From positions 1-50,627 of the forward strand of contig CANRBL010000006.1 of NCBI GenBank assembly GCA_947628835.1: DNA of 50,627 nucleotides, in the 5' to 3' direction. How positions within the stretch are numbered: the stretch's first letter is position 1; every line of letters begins with the position of its first letter. Below, one piece after another: positions 18,556-28,763 of this stretch. The notes under the pieces were generated by a model. That model was not told where the DNA came from. It saw nothing but the letters and a program-made list of their open reading frames with translations, and ran no database searches. The translations under genes and the position numbers were made by a program. Source of the DNA: an uncultured Clostridia bacterium. Lineage in GTDB: Bacteria; Bacillota; Clostridia; TANB77; CAG-508.

Positions 18556-18684
18556 TGTGATGTTACTAATTAATAAAAGTTAAACTTTGAAATTTTACAT
18601 ACATTTAAACAGTATAATTACTAAATTGAACTAAGTTTTATAAAAGAATGATATAGTAAAAATTAGGAAAGGAATGAGATTTAA

Positions 18685-21600
18685 ATGCCTAGAAATAATA
18701 ATATAAAGAAGGTATTAGTTATAGGGTCAGGACCTATTATAATTGGGCAAGCAGCAGAATTTGATTATGCAGGTACACAAGCATGTGAAGAATTAAAAAA
18801 AGAAGGAATTGAAGTTGTACTTGTAAATTCAAATCCTGCTACAATAATGACTGATAAACATATGGCAGATAAAATATATATAGAACCATTAACAGTAACA
18901 ACAGTACAGAAGATAATAGATATAGAAAAGCCTGATAGCATACTTCCAAATTTAGGAGGTCAAACAGGTTTAAATATAGCAATGGAATTGTATGAATCAG
19001 GATTTTTAAATTCTAGAAATGTACGTTTATTAGGAACATCATCAGAAGGAATAAAAAATGCAGAAGATAGGCAAGCTTTTAAAGATATGATGGAATCTAT
19101 AAACGAACCATGTATAGCAAGTAAGGTAGTAACTACTGTTGATGATGCCAAAGAATTTGCAAATCAAATTGGTTTACCTGTTATAGTAAGACCTGCATAT
19201 ACGTTAGGTGGAACAGGTGGAGGAATTGCTTATACAACAGAAGAGTTATCAGAAATTTGTGAAAGTGGATTAAGACTATCAAGAGTTCATCAAGTATTAA
19301 TAGAAAAATGTATTTCTGGTTGGAAAGAAATTGAATATGAAGTAATGCGTGATGGAAAAGGAAATTGTATAACCATATGTAATATGGAAAATATAGATCC
19401 AGTTGGAGTTCATACAGGAGATAGTATAGTAGTTGCACCATCTCAAACATTGGCTGATAAAGAATATCAAATGCTTAGAACATCTGCAATAAAAATAATA
19501 TCTGCATTAAAGATAGAAGGTGGTTGTAATGTACAATTTGCATTAAATCCAAATAGTTTTGAGTATGCAGTAATAGAAGTAAATCCTAGAGTAAGTCGTT
19601 CTTCAGCATTAGCATCAAAAGCTACAGGATATCCAATAGCAAAAGTGTCAACTAAAATTGCAATTGGATATGGATTAGATGAAATAAAAAATGAGGTAAC
19701 AGGAAAAACATATGCATGTTTTGAACCAGTTCTTGATTATGTAATTGTAAAAATACCAAAATGGCCGTTTAATAAATTTAAAGCCGCAACACGAGATTTA
19801 GGAACTCAAATGAAGGCAACAGGTGAAGTAATGGCTATAGCACCAAGTATTGAATCTGCATTGTTAAAGGCAATACGTTCATTAGAAGAAAATTTAGATT
19901 CTATGGAAATGCCAAAAATAAAAGAATATTCAACAGAAAAAATTTTAGAGAGTTTAAAAAAGGTAGATAATGAAAGAATATGGGTTATAGCAGAAGCTTT
20001 AAGAAGAGGAATAACAATAGATGAAATACATAATATTACAACAATTGATAAATTTTTTATAAGTAAAATAGATAGAATAATAAGAATGGAAGAACAATTA
20101 AAGACCCAAAATGTAGATAGTACATTATTATTAAATGCTAAAAAAATGGGATTTACAGATAAAGTAATTTCAAGATTATCTAATATTCCAGAAGAAAAAA
20201 TAAAACAAATGAGAATAGAAAACAATATTGTTGCAAATTTCAAATTAGTTGATACATGTGCTGCAGAAATTGAAGCAAAAACACCATATTATTATTCAAG
20301 TTATGATGAGGAAAATGAAAGCATACCTAATAAAGATAAAAAGAAAATTGTAGTATTAGGTTCTGGCCCAATTAGAATAGGTCAAGGTATAGAATTTGAT
20401 TATTGTAGCGTACATAGTGTGTTGGCACTTAAAAAATTAGGATATGAAACGATAATTGTGAATAATAATCCTGAAACTGTTAGTACAGATTTTGATATTG
20501 CAGATAAGTTGTACTTTGAGCCATTAACTCCAGAAGATGTTGAAAATATAATAAATGTAGAAAAACCATATGGGGTAATTGTACAATTTGGAGGGCAAAC
20601 TGCAATTAAATTGACAAAAGCTATAACTCAAATGGGAGTAAGAATTTTAGGTACTACTGAAGAAGATATGGATAGAGCAGAAGATAGAGAAAAATTTGAT
20701 GAAGCTTTAGAAAGATGTGGTATATTACGTCCAAAAGGAGATACTGTATTTACAGTAGATGAAGCAAAAGAAGTTGCAAATCGATTAGAATATCCTGTTT
20801 TAGTAAGACCATCTTATGTATTAGGTGGACAAGGAATGGCTATTGCGTATGATGATGTTGAAATTGAAGAATTTATAAATGATATAAATAAAATAGCACA
20901 AGAACACCCTATATTAGTAGATAAGTATATGTTGGGGAAAGAATTAGAAGTTGATGCAATATGTGATGGGGAAGATGTTTTAATTCCTGGAATAATGGAG
21001 CATTTAGAGAGAGCTGGAATACATTCAGGAGATAGTATTTCTGTATATCCAACACAAACAATAAGTAAAGAACATCAAGATATTATAATAGATTATACAA
21101 AGAAAATAGCAAAAGAGTTGAATATAATTGGTGTATTGAATATTCAATTTATTATAAGTAAAGAAAAAGTTTATATAATAGAAGTAAATCCAAGGTCAAG
21201 TAGAACGGTACCATATATTAGTAAAGTAACAGGATTACCTGTAATAGATATAGCAACACGAGTTATATTAGGAGAAAAATTAAAAGATTTAGAATATGGA
21301 ACAGGTGTGTATAAGAAAAGTGATTATATAGCTGTAAAAATGCCAATATTTTCTTTTGAAAAAATTAAAAATGCTGATACAAGTTTGGGTCCAGAAATGA
21401 AATCAACAGGTGAAGTTTTAGGTGTTTCTAAAGTATTGTCAGAGGCAATATTAAAGGCTTTTATTGCAAGTGGAACGAAAATTCAAAATAAAGGTAAAGT
21501 TTTAATAACTGTAAGAGATAAAGACAAAGAAGAAGTTTCTGTTCTTGCAAATGAACTAGAGCAAATTGGATTTGAAATATATGCTACCTCAGGAACTGCA

Positions 21601-21885
21601 AAATTTTTAAAGGAAAAAGGCTTAAATGTGAAAGCTGTTCCTAAAATTTGGGAGGGGACAGATAGTATAATAGATTTAATTCAATCAGGAAAACTAAGCT
21701 TTATCATAAATACTCCAACTAAAGGAAAAGAATCAAATAGGGACGGATTTAAAATAAGAAGAATGGCTGTTGAGTGTAAAGTGCCTTGTTTTACAGCTTT
21801 AGATACTGTACAAGCTTTATATGAGGCTATAAAAAATGGTGTTAAAGAACAAGATTTAACTCCTGTAGATATAACTGTAATCTAA
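18685..21885 (+). CDS. carB: Carbamoyl-phosphate synthase large subunit
   Basis: 1066 aa with duplicated ATP-grasp halves ([17 protein letters not shown] and [15 protein letters not shown]) and an MGS-like C-terminal domain. Confidence 0.97.
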   Translation: MPRNNNIKKVLVIGSGPIIIGQAAEFDYAGTQACEELKKEGIEVVLVNSNPATIMTDKHMADKIYIEPLTVTTVQKIIDIEKPDSILPNLGGQTGLNIAMELYESGFLNSRNVRLLGTSSEGIKNAEDRQAFKDMMESINEPCIASKVVTTVDDAKEFANQIGLPVIVRPAYTLGGTGGGIAYTTEELSEICESGLRLSRVHQVLIEKCISGWKEIEYEVMRDGKGNCITICNMENIDPVGVHTGDSIVVAPSQTLADKEYQMLRTSAIKIISALKIEGGCNVQFALNPNSFEYAVIEVNPRVSRSSALASKATGYPIAKVSTKIAIGYGLDEIKNEVTGKTYACFEPVLDYVIVKIPKWPFNKFKAATRDLGTQMKATGEVMAIAPSIESALLKAIRSLEENLDSMEMPKIKEYSTEKILESLKKVDNERIWVIAEALRRGITIDEIHNITTIDKFFISKIDRIIRMEEQLKTQNVDSTLLLNAKKMGFTDKVISRLSNIPEEKIKQMRIENNIVANFKLVDTCAAEIEAKTPYYYSSYDEENESIPNKDKKKIVVLGSGPIRIGQGIEFDYCSVHSVLALKKLGYETIIVNNNPETVSTDFDIADKLYFEPLTPEDVENIINVEKPYGVIVQFGGQTAIKLTKAITQMGVRILGTTEEDMDRAEDREKFDEALERCGILRPKGDTVFTVDEAKEVANRLEYPVLVRPSYVLGGQGMAIAYDDVEIEEFINDINKIAQEHPILVDKYMLGKELEVDAICDGEDVLIPGIMEHLERAGIHSGDSISVYPTQTISKEHQDIIIDYTKKIAKELNIIGVLNIQFIISKEKVYIIEVNPRSSRTVPYISKVTGLPVIDIATRVILGEKLKDLEYGTGVYKKSDYIAVKMPIFSFEKIKNADTSLGPEMKSTGEVLGVSKVLSEAILKAFIASGTKIQNKGKVLITVRDKDKEEVSVLANELEQIGFEIYATSGTAKFLKEKGLNVKAVPKIWEGTDSIIDLIQSGKLSFIINTPTKGKESNRDGFKIRRMAVECKVPCFTALDTVQALYEAIKNGVKEQDLTPVDITVI

Positions 21886-21900
21886 AATATAAAAAATATA

Positions 21901-22155
21901 GTTACAGGTTAATGGTTTTAAAAGGATAAATTTCTAAAAACATAGAAATATAAGATTTTCATTACATTCCTCGGTTCATTACAAAGCTTAAGAAATTCTA
22001 ACTTATTTTATGGCACCCTTTCACTCAACGCGAACTATTTCCATAAAATTGCGTAGAATTTCTAAAGCTTTTCCAATCATATTCGTCATTTTATTCAAAT
22101 TCTTATATTTCTATGCTTTTATAACTATTTTTATATAAAACCATTAACCAGTAAC
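21901..22155 (+). repeat. Family-A modular palindromic element, cleanest full copy (255 bp)
   Basis: TIRs gttacaggttaatggtttt / aaaaccattaaccagtaac. Central core ttatggcaccctttcactcaacgcgaactatttccataa. Flanked by aaaatata on both sides (21893-21900 and 22156-22163). Confidence 0.9.
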
Positions 22156-22184
22156 AAAATATAATATAAAATATAAAAAAATGC

Positions 22185-22213
22185 TTGCAAACGATAAAAA
22201 AATGTGTTAAAAT
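22185..22213 (+). promoter_or_regulatory. Sigma-A-type promoter of the rpsF-ssb-rpsR operon
   Basis: ttgcaa, 17-nt spacer ending in tgt (extended -10), taaaat. Confidence 0.55.
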
Positions 22214-22297
22214 AGCAATGTTCAAAACAAATATAAAAATATTTGTTTCTCTACTTAATGAAAAATTAAGTTATATATCCAAAGGGAGGTGAAAATA

Positions 22298-22582
22298 ATG
22301 AATAAATACGAAAGTATTATCATTATTAATCCAGAAGTTGATGAAGCAAAGGTAAAAGCTTTAGAAGAACAATTTAGTGGATTAATAAATGAAAATGGAA
22401 AACTAGAATCTGTAGAAAATATGGGTAAAAAGAAATTAGCTTATGAAATAAAAAAATTCAAAGAAGCTACATATGTATTATTCAATTTTGAAGCAAAACC
22501 AGATTCAATAAAAGAAATAGAGAGAATCTATAGAATTACAGATGAAATTATAAAATTTATAATTATTAAAAAAGAAAATTAA
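22298..22582 (+). CDS. rpsF: 30S ribosomal protein S6
   Basis: RBS agggagg. MNKYESIIIINPEVDE...GKKKLAYEI. Conserved rpsF-ssb-rpsR synteny. Confidence 0.95.
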   Translation: MNKYESIIIINPEVDEAKVKALEEQFSGLINENGKLESVENMGKKKLAYEIKKFKEATYVLFNFEAKPDSIKEIERIYRITDEIIKFIIIKKEN

Positions 22583-22633
22583 AAATTAAATAAAGAAGGG
22601 GCCTTTATTTAGAGTAAGAAAGGTGGAATTAAT

Positions 22634-23062
22634 ATGAACAAAGTTATTTTAATGGGAAGATTAACAAGAGATCCAGAAGTTAGATATACACAAACAAACA
22701 ATACTTTAGTTGCTTCATTCTCTTTAGCAGTTAATAGAAGGTTTGTAAGACAAGGAGAAGAAAGGCAAGCAGATTTTATAAACATTGTTGCATGGAGTAA
22801 AACAGGAGAATTTTGTAGCAAATACTTTAAGAAAGGTCAACAAGTAGGAGTAATAGGTAGAATTCAAACAAGAACTTGGGATGATGACCAAGGTGTTAAA
22901 CACTACGTAACAGAAGTAGTAGCAGAAGAGGTATATTTTGCTGACAGTAAAAGAGAAGGAGAAGTTGGAAGTAGTGCTTTTGAAAATACTTTTGGTACTA
23001 CAATGCCTGGTGGAATGGATACAGGATTTGAAGCATCTTCAAGTGATGATTTACCATTCTAA
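22634..23062 (+). CDS. ssb: Single-stranded DNA-binding protein
   Basis: OB-fold N-terminus MNKVILMGRLTRDPEVRYT and acidic tail SSDDLPF. Confidence 0.95.
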   Translation: MNKVILMGRLTRDPEVRYTQTNNTLVASFSLAVNRRFVRQGEERQADFINIVAWSKTGEFCSKYFKKGQQVGVIGRIQTRTWDDDQGVKHYVTEVVAEEVYFADSKREGEVGSSAFENTFGTTMPGGMDTGFEASSSDDLPF

Positions 23063-23083
23063 TTTAGAGAGGGGGAATTAAGA

Positions 23084-23365
23084 GTGTCAGATAAAAAACA
23101 AAATAAGAGAAATAATAATAAAAATTATGATGATGATTATAATCCAAGGTTTAGAAAACAAAGAAAAAAAGTTTGCGTATTATGTAGCGACAAAAATTTT
23201 GTTTTAGATTATAAGAATCCAGAACAATTAAAGAAATTCATCAATGAAAGAGGTAAAATCTTACCAAGAAGAAATACTGGAACATGTGCAAAACATCAAA
23301 GAGATATAACAATTGCTGTAAAAAGAGCAAGACATATAGCAGTATTACCATATGCGCAAGATTAA
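23084..23365 (+). CDS. rpsR: 30S ribosomal protein S18
   Basis: GTG start after gaggggg. KKVCVLC...[34 protein letters not shown]-type sequence. Confidence 0.93.
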   Translation: MSDKKQNKRNNNKNYDDDYNPRFRKQRKKVCVLCSDKNFVLDYKNPEQLKKFINERGKILPRRNTGTCAKHQRDITIAVKRARHIAVLPYAQD

Positions 23366-23395
23366 TATTTGAAAAATCTTTAAAAGAGTAGCAAG

Positions 23396-23433
23396 AAAAA
23401 AGACTAGGAGTTATGTGTTGTCCTAGTCTTTTA
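23396..23433 (+). terminator. Rho-independent terminator after rpsR
   Basis: aagactagga / tcctagtctt stem followed by tt(a)t. Confidence 0.7.
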
Positions 23434-23469
23434 TGATAAAATGCAACAAAAGTGAAAGGAAAAAGTAAA

Positions 23470-24723
23470 ATGTATGAAAAATTAGGAATAAGTAAAAAAA
23501 CAATAGAATTAGCAGAAGAAACAGAGAAAGAAATAAAAAATATATTTGAAAAAATAGACAGAAATTGTCAAATAAATAGTTTAAAGGTAATAAATGCATT
23601 TCAAAAACACAATTTATCAGAAATGCATTTTAATACATCAACAGGATATGGAATAGGAGAAGCAGGAAGAGACAAAATAGAAGATATATATTCAGAAATT
23701 ATGCAAGCAGAAGATAGTTTAGTGCGAACACAATTAATTTCAGGAACACATGCATTAGCGGTAACATTATTTGCACTATTAAGACCACAAGAAACAATGA
23801 TAAGTATAACAGGTGCACCATATGATACATTACAAACAGTAATAGGAATAGGTAAAGAGCAGAGTAAAAGTTCATTAAAATCATTTGATATAAAATATGA
23901 GGAAATAGATTTATTAAATAATGATTTTGATACAGAAAAAATAATAAAACGATTATCAAAGCAAGATGTAAAATTAGTAGAAATACAGAGGTCAAGAGGA
24001 TATTCAACGAGAAAAAGCTTGACAATAGATAAAATAGAAAAAATTATTAAAGAAATAAGAAAAGTAAACAAAGAAGTAATAATAATGGTTGACAACTGTT
24101 ATGGAGAATTTGTTGAAGAAAAAGAACCTTTAGAGGTAGGAGCAGATATAATAGTAGGTTCATTAATGAAAAATTTAGGAGGAGGAATTGCTACAAGTGG
24201 AGCATATATATCAGGGAAGAAAGAATTAATAACATTATGTGCAGAGAGGCTAACTTCACCAGGAATTGGAAAAGAAATTGGGCCATCATTAAATCAAAAT
24301 ATGTTATTATTAAAAGGTTTATATTTTGCTCCAAGTGTTGTAGCTTCTGCATTAAAAACGGCAGTGTTTGCAAGTAGAATGTTAGAAAAATTAGGGTATG
24401 ATGTAGATCCGAAATATGATGAAAAAAGAGCAGATATAGTGCAAACAGTTAACTTTGGAAAAGAAGATAAATTAATAAAATATTGTCAAGGAATACAACA
24501 AGGTTCGCCTATAGATGCAAATGCAATGCCAGAACCAAGTGATATGGGAGGTTATGATGATAAAGTTATAATGGCAGCAGGTACATTTACTCAAGGTTCT
24601 ACAATTGAACTTAGCTGTGATGGACCAATAAGACCGCCATATATTGCGTATATGCAAGGTGGACTAACATATGAATATGGAAAATATGGAATTATAAAAG
24701 CAATAGATAAAATTCAAGAATAA
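23470..24723 (+). CDS. YnbB / aluminium-resistance family PLP-dependent (methionine gamma-lyase-like) protein
   Basis: MYEKLGISKK..., FNTSTGYGIGEAGRDKIEDIY and QLISGTHAL match my recollection of this family. ATG 23470 preferred over the longer track ORF. Confidence 0.75.
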   Translation: MYEKLGISKKTIELAEETEKEIKNIFEKIDRNCQINSLKVINAFQKHNLSEMHFNTSTGYGIGEAGRDKIEDIYSEIMQAEDSLVRTQLISGTHALAVTLFALLRPQETMISITGAPYDTLQTVIGIGKEQSKSSLKSFDIKYEEIDLLNNDFDTEKIIKRLSKQDVKLVEIQRSRGYSTRKSLTIDKIEKIIKEIRKVNKEVIIMVDNCYGEFVEEKEPLEVGADIIVGSLMKNLGGGIATSGAYISGKKELITLCAERLTSPGIGKEIGPSLNQNMLLLKGLYFAPSVVASALKTAVFASRMLEKLGYDVDPKYDEKRADIVQTVNFGKEDKLIKYCQGIQQGSPIDANAMPEPSDMGGYDDKVIMAAGTFTQGSTIELSCDGPIRPPYIAYMQGGLTYEYGKYGIIKAIDKIQE

Positions 24724-24785
24724 TTATATAATTACTTTTTTGATGTGAATTATATAATATTAATATGTGGAAGGAATTTACTAAT

Positions 24786-26039
24786 ATGAGAGTTGTAGTA
24801 ATAGGTGGAGGTCCAGCTGGAATGATGTCAGCGATTTCATCTGCCGAAAATGGAAATGAAGTAATATTGTTAGAAAAAATGCAATCATTGGGTAGAAAAT
24901 TATTAATCACTGGAAAAGGTAGATGTAATATTACAAGTTCTTTAAATATACAAGAATTTATAAAAAACACACCTGGCAATGGAAAATTTTTATATAGTGT
25001 GTATGAAAATTATGATAATACGCATATAATTAAATTTTTAAATGAACAAGGTTTAGAAGTAAAGGAAGAGAGAGGCAACAGAATTTTTCCAGTTACAGAT
25101 AAATCTGTAGATGTTTTAAAATGTTTTTCTAAAAAGTTAAAAGAACTTAATGTAAAAATATATTTAAATACAAGAGTTGAAGAAATTCTAATAGATATAG
25201 AAAAAAAGATTGTAACAGGTGTTAAATTGGAAAATGAAGAAATTATAAAAGCAGATAAAGTTATACTTGCAACAGGCGGAAAAAGTTATCCATTAACTGG
25301 TTCAACAGGAGATGGATACAAAATGGCGAAAAAACTAGGACATACAATAACGGATTTAAAACCTTCTTTAGTACCACTTACAGTGTATGAAAAAGATGAA
25401 TGTAAAGAATTGCAAGGCTTAAGTTTAAGAAATGTGAAAATAAATATAGTTGATACTAGCAAAAATAAAATAATATATGAAGATTTTGGAGAAATGATAT
25501 TTACACACTTTGGAATTTCTGGACCAATTATTTTAAGTAGTTCAGCTCATTTAGTAAGATATAAAGAAATAGAAAAATGTATGAAAAATAAACAAATTAG
25601 AATTGATATAGATTTAAAACCAGCATTGACAGTAGAAAAATTAGACCAGAGAATATTGAGAGATTTTGAGTTATTTAAAAATAAAGAATTAAAAAATAGT
25701 TTAGATAAATTATTACCACAAAAGTTGATTGATTTTGTAATACAAAAGTCTGGAATAAATAAGTATAAAAGAGTCAATGAAATTAGCAGAGAAGAAAGAA
25801 AAAGATTGTGTAATATAGTAAAAAAATTGCAGTTTTTTATAAGTGGTTTTAGACCAATTGATGAAGCTATTATTACAAGTGGTGGAGTTCAAGTAAAAGA
25901 AATAAATCCTAAAACTATGGAATCTAAATTAATAAAAGGATTATATTTTGCAGGTGAAATTATAGATGTAGATAGTTATACTGGCGGATTTAATTTGCAA
26001 ATAGCATATTCTACAGGTTATGTAGCAGGAAAAAATTGA
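24786..26039 (+). CDS. HI0933/YhiN-family FAD-dependent flavoprotein
   Basis: MRVVVIGGGPAGMMSAI Rossmann motif, LITGKGRCNITS, GGFNLQ near the C-terminus. Confidence 0.85.
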   Translation: MRVVVIGGGPAGMMSAISSAENGNEVILLEKMQSLGRKLLITGKGRCNITSSLNIQEFIKNTPGNGKFLYSVYENYDNTHIIKFLNEQGLEVKEERGNRIFPVTDKSVDVLKCFSKKLKELNVKIYLNTRVEEILIDIEKKIVTGVKLENEEIIKADKVILATGGKSYPLTGSTGDGYKMAKKLGHTITDLKPSLVPLTVYEKDECKELQGLSLRNVKINIVDTSKNKIIYEDFGEMIFTHFGISGPIILSSSAHLVRYKEIEKCMKNKQIRIDIDLKPALTVEKLDQRILRDFELFKNKELKNSLDKLLPQKLIDFVIQKSGINKYKRVNEISREERKRLCNIVKKLQFFISGFRPIDEAIITSGGVQVKEINPKTMESKLIKGLYFAGEIIDVDSYTGGFNLQIAYSTGYVAGKN

Positions 26040-26049
26040 GAGGTTGTTT

Positions 26050-26682
26050 ATGAATGAATTTATAACAATAATGAATAATTATGTTGCAGAAGTAACAGAA
26101 AAAAAATCAAAATTTATAGCTAATGTTTTTCATATAGAAAGTAAGGAAGAAGCGGAAGAAAAAATAAAAGAAATTAAAAAAGTGTATTATGATGCAAGAC
26201 ATAATTGTATAGCGTATAGAGTATTAGAGAATGAAACGATTATAGAAAGGCAAAGTGATGATGGAGAACCATCAGGTACTGCTGGTGCACCAATGTTAAA
26301 TATAATAAAAAAACAAGGTCTGTGTAATATATTAGTTATTGTTACAAGATATTTTGGTGGTATTTTATTAGGAACCGGTGGTCTAGTTAGGTGCTATTCT
26401 GATGCATGTATGAAGTCAATAGAAATTGCTGAAAAGGTAAAACAGTGTATAGGAATAGAAATAAATGTGGAAGTTGATTATAGTAATATTGAGAATTTTA
26501 AATATTATTGTAAAAAAAATCAAATTTTTATATCTGAAATTAATTATTCAGATATTGCAACTTTTACTATACAAATTCAGGAAGATAAAAAAGAGAATAT
26601 TATAAATGATATTAATGAAAAGAAAATCGAAGTAAAGAATTTTGAAATTTTATCTAAGAAAATTATAACAGTTACAGAATGA
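26050..26682 (+). CDS. yigZ: YigZ / IMPACT-family protein
   Basis: KSKFIANVFHIESKEEAE, ARHNCIAYR, DDGEPSGTAGAPML, VTRYFGGILLGTGGL. Confidence 0.85.
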   Translation: MNEFITIMNNYVAEVTEKKSKFIANVFHIESKEEAEEKIKEIKKVYYDARHNCIAYRVLENETIIERQSDDGEPSGTAGAPMLNIIKKQGLCNILVIVTRYFGGILLGTGGLVRCYSDACMKSIEIAEKVKQCIGIEINVEVDYSNIENFKYYCKKNQIFISEINYSDIATFTIQIQEDKKENIINDINEKKIEVKNFEILSKKIITVTE

Positions 26683-26724
26683 ATTTTTTTATACTCTAGG
26701 AAACTTTAAGTTTGCAAATTTAAG

Positions 26725-26899
26725 TGAAATAAAATATTATTTTTTCAAAAATGCTCGTTCAAATAATTTTCACAGAACTTCTAAAAAAATTTTATGGCAC
26801 CCTTCCACGACAAGCGTGAACTCTTTCCATAAAATTTTTTAGAAGTTCTAGCTCAATTATTTTCAATGCGCTTTTTTCAAAAATATATATTTTATTTCA
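26725..26899 (+). repeat. Family-B palindromic element (copy 2)
   Basis: Collinear with 14148-14327. Core ttttatggcacccttccac-gacaagc-gtgaactctttccataaaat. Confidence 0.85.
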
Positions 26900-27129
26900 A
26901 AAGAAGAAATATGAAATTTTTTAGCTTTTTAGTACAAAGTGAAATAAAAAATATAGTTTTTTTAAAAGCATTGAAACAGTAAGTATTACTGTTAAGCCAC
27001 AAAATATAAATTATTTAGCAATATAAAAATGGAAAAAATTTCCATTTTACTATTGCATTTTTTATAAAGTAATAATATAATACAAATTGTAAAAAATTTA
27101 TAAAAAATATATTTTAGGAGGAAAAAAGC

Positions 27130-27945
27130 GTGAAAGATAAGGTATCAGTATTAATTGCTGACGATAATCAAGATTTTAGTAATACTTTAGCAAAATATTT
27201 AGAAAGACAGGAAGATATGGAGGTTATTGGTATAGCCAAAGATGGAAACGAAGCAATAGACATGATATCAAATGCGTTACCTGATGTAGCAATATTAGAT
27301 GTTATAATGCCTCATTTAGATGGAATAGGAGTTTTAGAAAAAATTAATGAAATAGATTTACCAAAGAAACCTATGTGTATAATGTTATCTGCTGTTGGAC
27401 AGGATAAAATAACTCAAAAAGCAATATCATTGGGTGCAGAATATTATGTTGTTAAACCATTTGACATTGATTTACTTGTTCAAAGAATTAGAGAACTGAA
27501 AAATTACAGACCTAATTCAAATAATAGTTTTATAAGTAGAGAGCAAAAGCCACAGTATATTGAAGTATCAAAAAAATCTGAAAAGGGAGAAGAAAATTTA
27601 GAAGCCTTAGTAACAAATATTATACATGAAGTAGGTGTGCCTGCTCATATTAAAGGCTATCAATATTTAAGAGAAGCTATAATGATGGTTGTGAATGATA
27701 TTGATGTAATTAATCAAATAACGAAAAGTTTATACCCAGATATTGCAACTAAATTTAATACAACTCCATCTCGTGTGGAAAGAGCTATTCGTCATGCTAT
27801 TGAAGTTGCATGGGGAAGAGGTCAAACAGATGTAGTTGAAAGTATTTTTGGTTATACGGTATCAGCTGTAAAAGGAAAGCCAACAAATTCAGAGTTTATA
27901 GCAATGATTGCAGACAAATTGAGATTAGAATTAAAAAGTGCGTAA
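27130..27945 (+). CDS. spo0A: Sporulation master regulator Spo0A
   Basis: GTG start after aggagg. Receiver domain (ADDN...DVIMPHLDG) plus the Spo0A-specific DNA-binding domain ([54 protein letters not shown]). Confidence 0.95.
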   Translation: MKDKVSVLIADDNQDFSNTLAKYLERQEDMEVIGIAKDGNEAIDMISNALPDVAILDVIMPHLDGIGVLEKINEIDLPKKPMCIMLSAVGQDKITQKAISLGAEYYVVKPFDIDLLVQRIRELKNYRPNSNNSFISREQKPQYIEVSKKSEKGEENLEALVTNIIHEVGVPAHIKGYQYLREAIMMVVNDIDVINQITKSLYPDIATKFNTTPSRVERAIRHAIEVAWGRGQTDVVESIFGYTVSAVKGKPTNSEFIAMIADKLRLELKSA

Positions 27946-28000
27946 TAAATTTTTCAAACCATTGTAAGAAAAAAGTACATAAATAAGTTATTAAAGCAAT

Positions 28001-28060
28001 AAAACTCTAATATTTATTAATTAACATAAAAATGTTAATTAAGTAAATATTGGAGTTTTT
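28001..28060 (+). terminator. Long-hairpin terminator after spo0A
   Basis: aaaactctaatatttattaattaacat / atgttaattaagtaaatattggagtttt followed by a T-run. Confidence 0.7.
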
Positions 28061-28151
28061 ATACGCTAGAAAGCTTTAATTTTGCAATTTTATTTCAAAT
28101 GGGTTCTCCAGAAATTTTTAATAATTATGTTAACATATTTTGAAATAATAC

Positions 28152-28180
28152 TTGACAAGAAATATGAAATACGATATAAT
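28152..28180 (+). promoter_or_regulatory. Consensus sigma-A promoter of the small-peptide operon
   Basis: ttgaca, exactly 17 nt, tataat. Confidence 0.65.
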
Positions 28181-28235
28181 GAAACATATTATGTAACTGT
28201 TAACTTCGCTCTAAAAATTTGGAGGAGGTGAGAAC

Positions 28236-28391
28236 ATGAGAAAAGGAGATATTGGTGATGGTCTAATTTTCAGTGGCGCTTTTATATTGATGTATGGAAA
28301 GCATACTGGTCAACTCTCCTATATAGTAGGGGGCGGCATAGGGGTGGCTATCGGAATTGTGCTCCTTGTGATATGCATAAAGGATGAATAA
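28236..28391 (+). CDS. Small hydrophobic membrane peptide (51 aa), not in the supplied ORF track
   Basis: RBS ggaggagg 7 nt upstream. MRKGDIGDGLIFSGAFILMYGKHTGQLSYIVGGGIGVAIGIVLLVICIKDE has two TM helices and an acidic end. Visibly more G+C than its surroundings. Confidence 0.6.
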   Translation: MRKGDIGDGLIFSGAFILMYGKHTGQLSYIVGGGIGVAIGIVLLVICIKDE

Positions 28392-28408
28392 GAAAGGGGG
28401 TTCTCAAA

Positions 28409-28576
28409 ATGGCATGTTTTACTTTTATAGTGGAATTCCTATCTTATTCGTTAGGTGTTTCACTAATAACTACAGGTGTGATTGGTAAAAGCATAAAACT
28501 TGTAGTTATAGGTGTTGTGTGTCTGTTGATTTATCTAGTCGTATCAAAGTTTCGGGATGATAATGAGATAGATTGA
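28409..28576 (+). CDS. Small hydrophobic membrane peptide (55 aa), not in the supplied ORF track
   Basis: RBS aaaggggg. MACFTFIVEFLSYSLGVSLITTGVIGKSIKLVVIGVVCLLIYLVVSKFRDDNEID has two TM helices and an acidic tail. Confidence 0.6.
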   Translation: MACFTFIVEFLSYSLGVSLITTGVIGKSIKLVVIGVVCLLIYLVVSKFRDDNEID

Positions 28577-28592
28577 TTTCAAGAAGCACTCT

Positions 28593-28640
28593 AAACCCTA
28601 AATAGAGAGATTTTTAATCTCTCTATTTAGGGTTTATTTT
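28593..28640 (+). terminator. Rho-independent terminator of the small-peptide operon
   Basis: aaaccctaaatagagaga / tctctctatttagggttt followed by atttt. Confidence 0.8.
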
Positions 28641-28660
28641 GCATTACATTTACATAAAAC

Positions 28661-28689
28661 TTGCAAAATATGGAAATATATTATATAAT
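28661..28689 (+). promoter_or_regulatory. Sigma-A-type promoter of the paralogue pair
   Basis: ttgcaa, 17 nt, tataat. Confidence 0.6.
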
Positions 28690-28763
28690 ATTATGTGAAC
28701 TTTACAAAAAAATAAAAGCAAAAGATATTGAAAATTTCCGATTGATTAAAAAAGGAGGTTAGT

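Noticed and set aside
21901-22155. The palindromic elements as integron attC sites separating gene cassettes.
   Set aside because: The termini read GTTAC...GTAAC rather than the attC arrangement RYYYAAC...GTTRRRY. The elements are larger than typical attC sites. No intI gene is present, and the genes between them are housekeeping operons.
22214-22297. The rpsF 5' leader hairpins (aacaaatat/atatttgtt and acttaat/attaagt) as the S6:S18 autoregulatory RNA.
   Set aside because: This is plausible from its position, but I cannot verify the conserved motif by eye. A covariance-model search would be needed.
28064-28110. A possible solo or footprint fragment of family B (ctagaaagctttaattttgcaattttatttcaaa resembles the flank plus end of copy 26696-26899).
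   Set aside because: It is only about 35 nt at roughly 80 percent identity in AT-rich sequence, which is too short to call without statistics.
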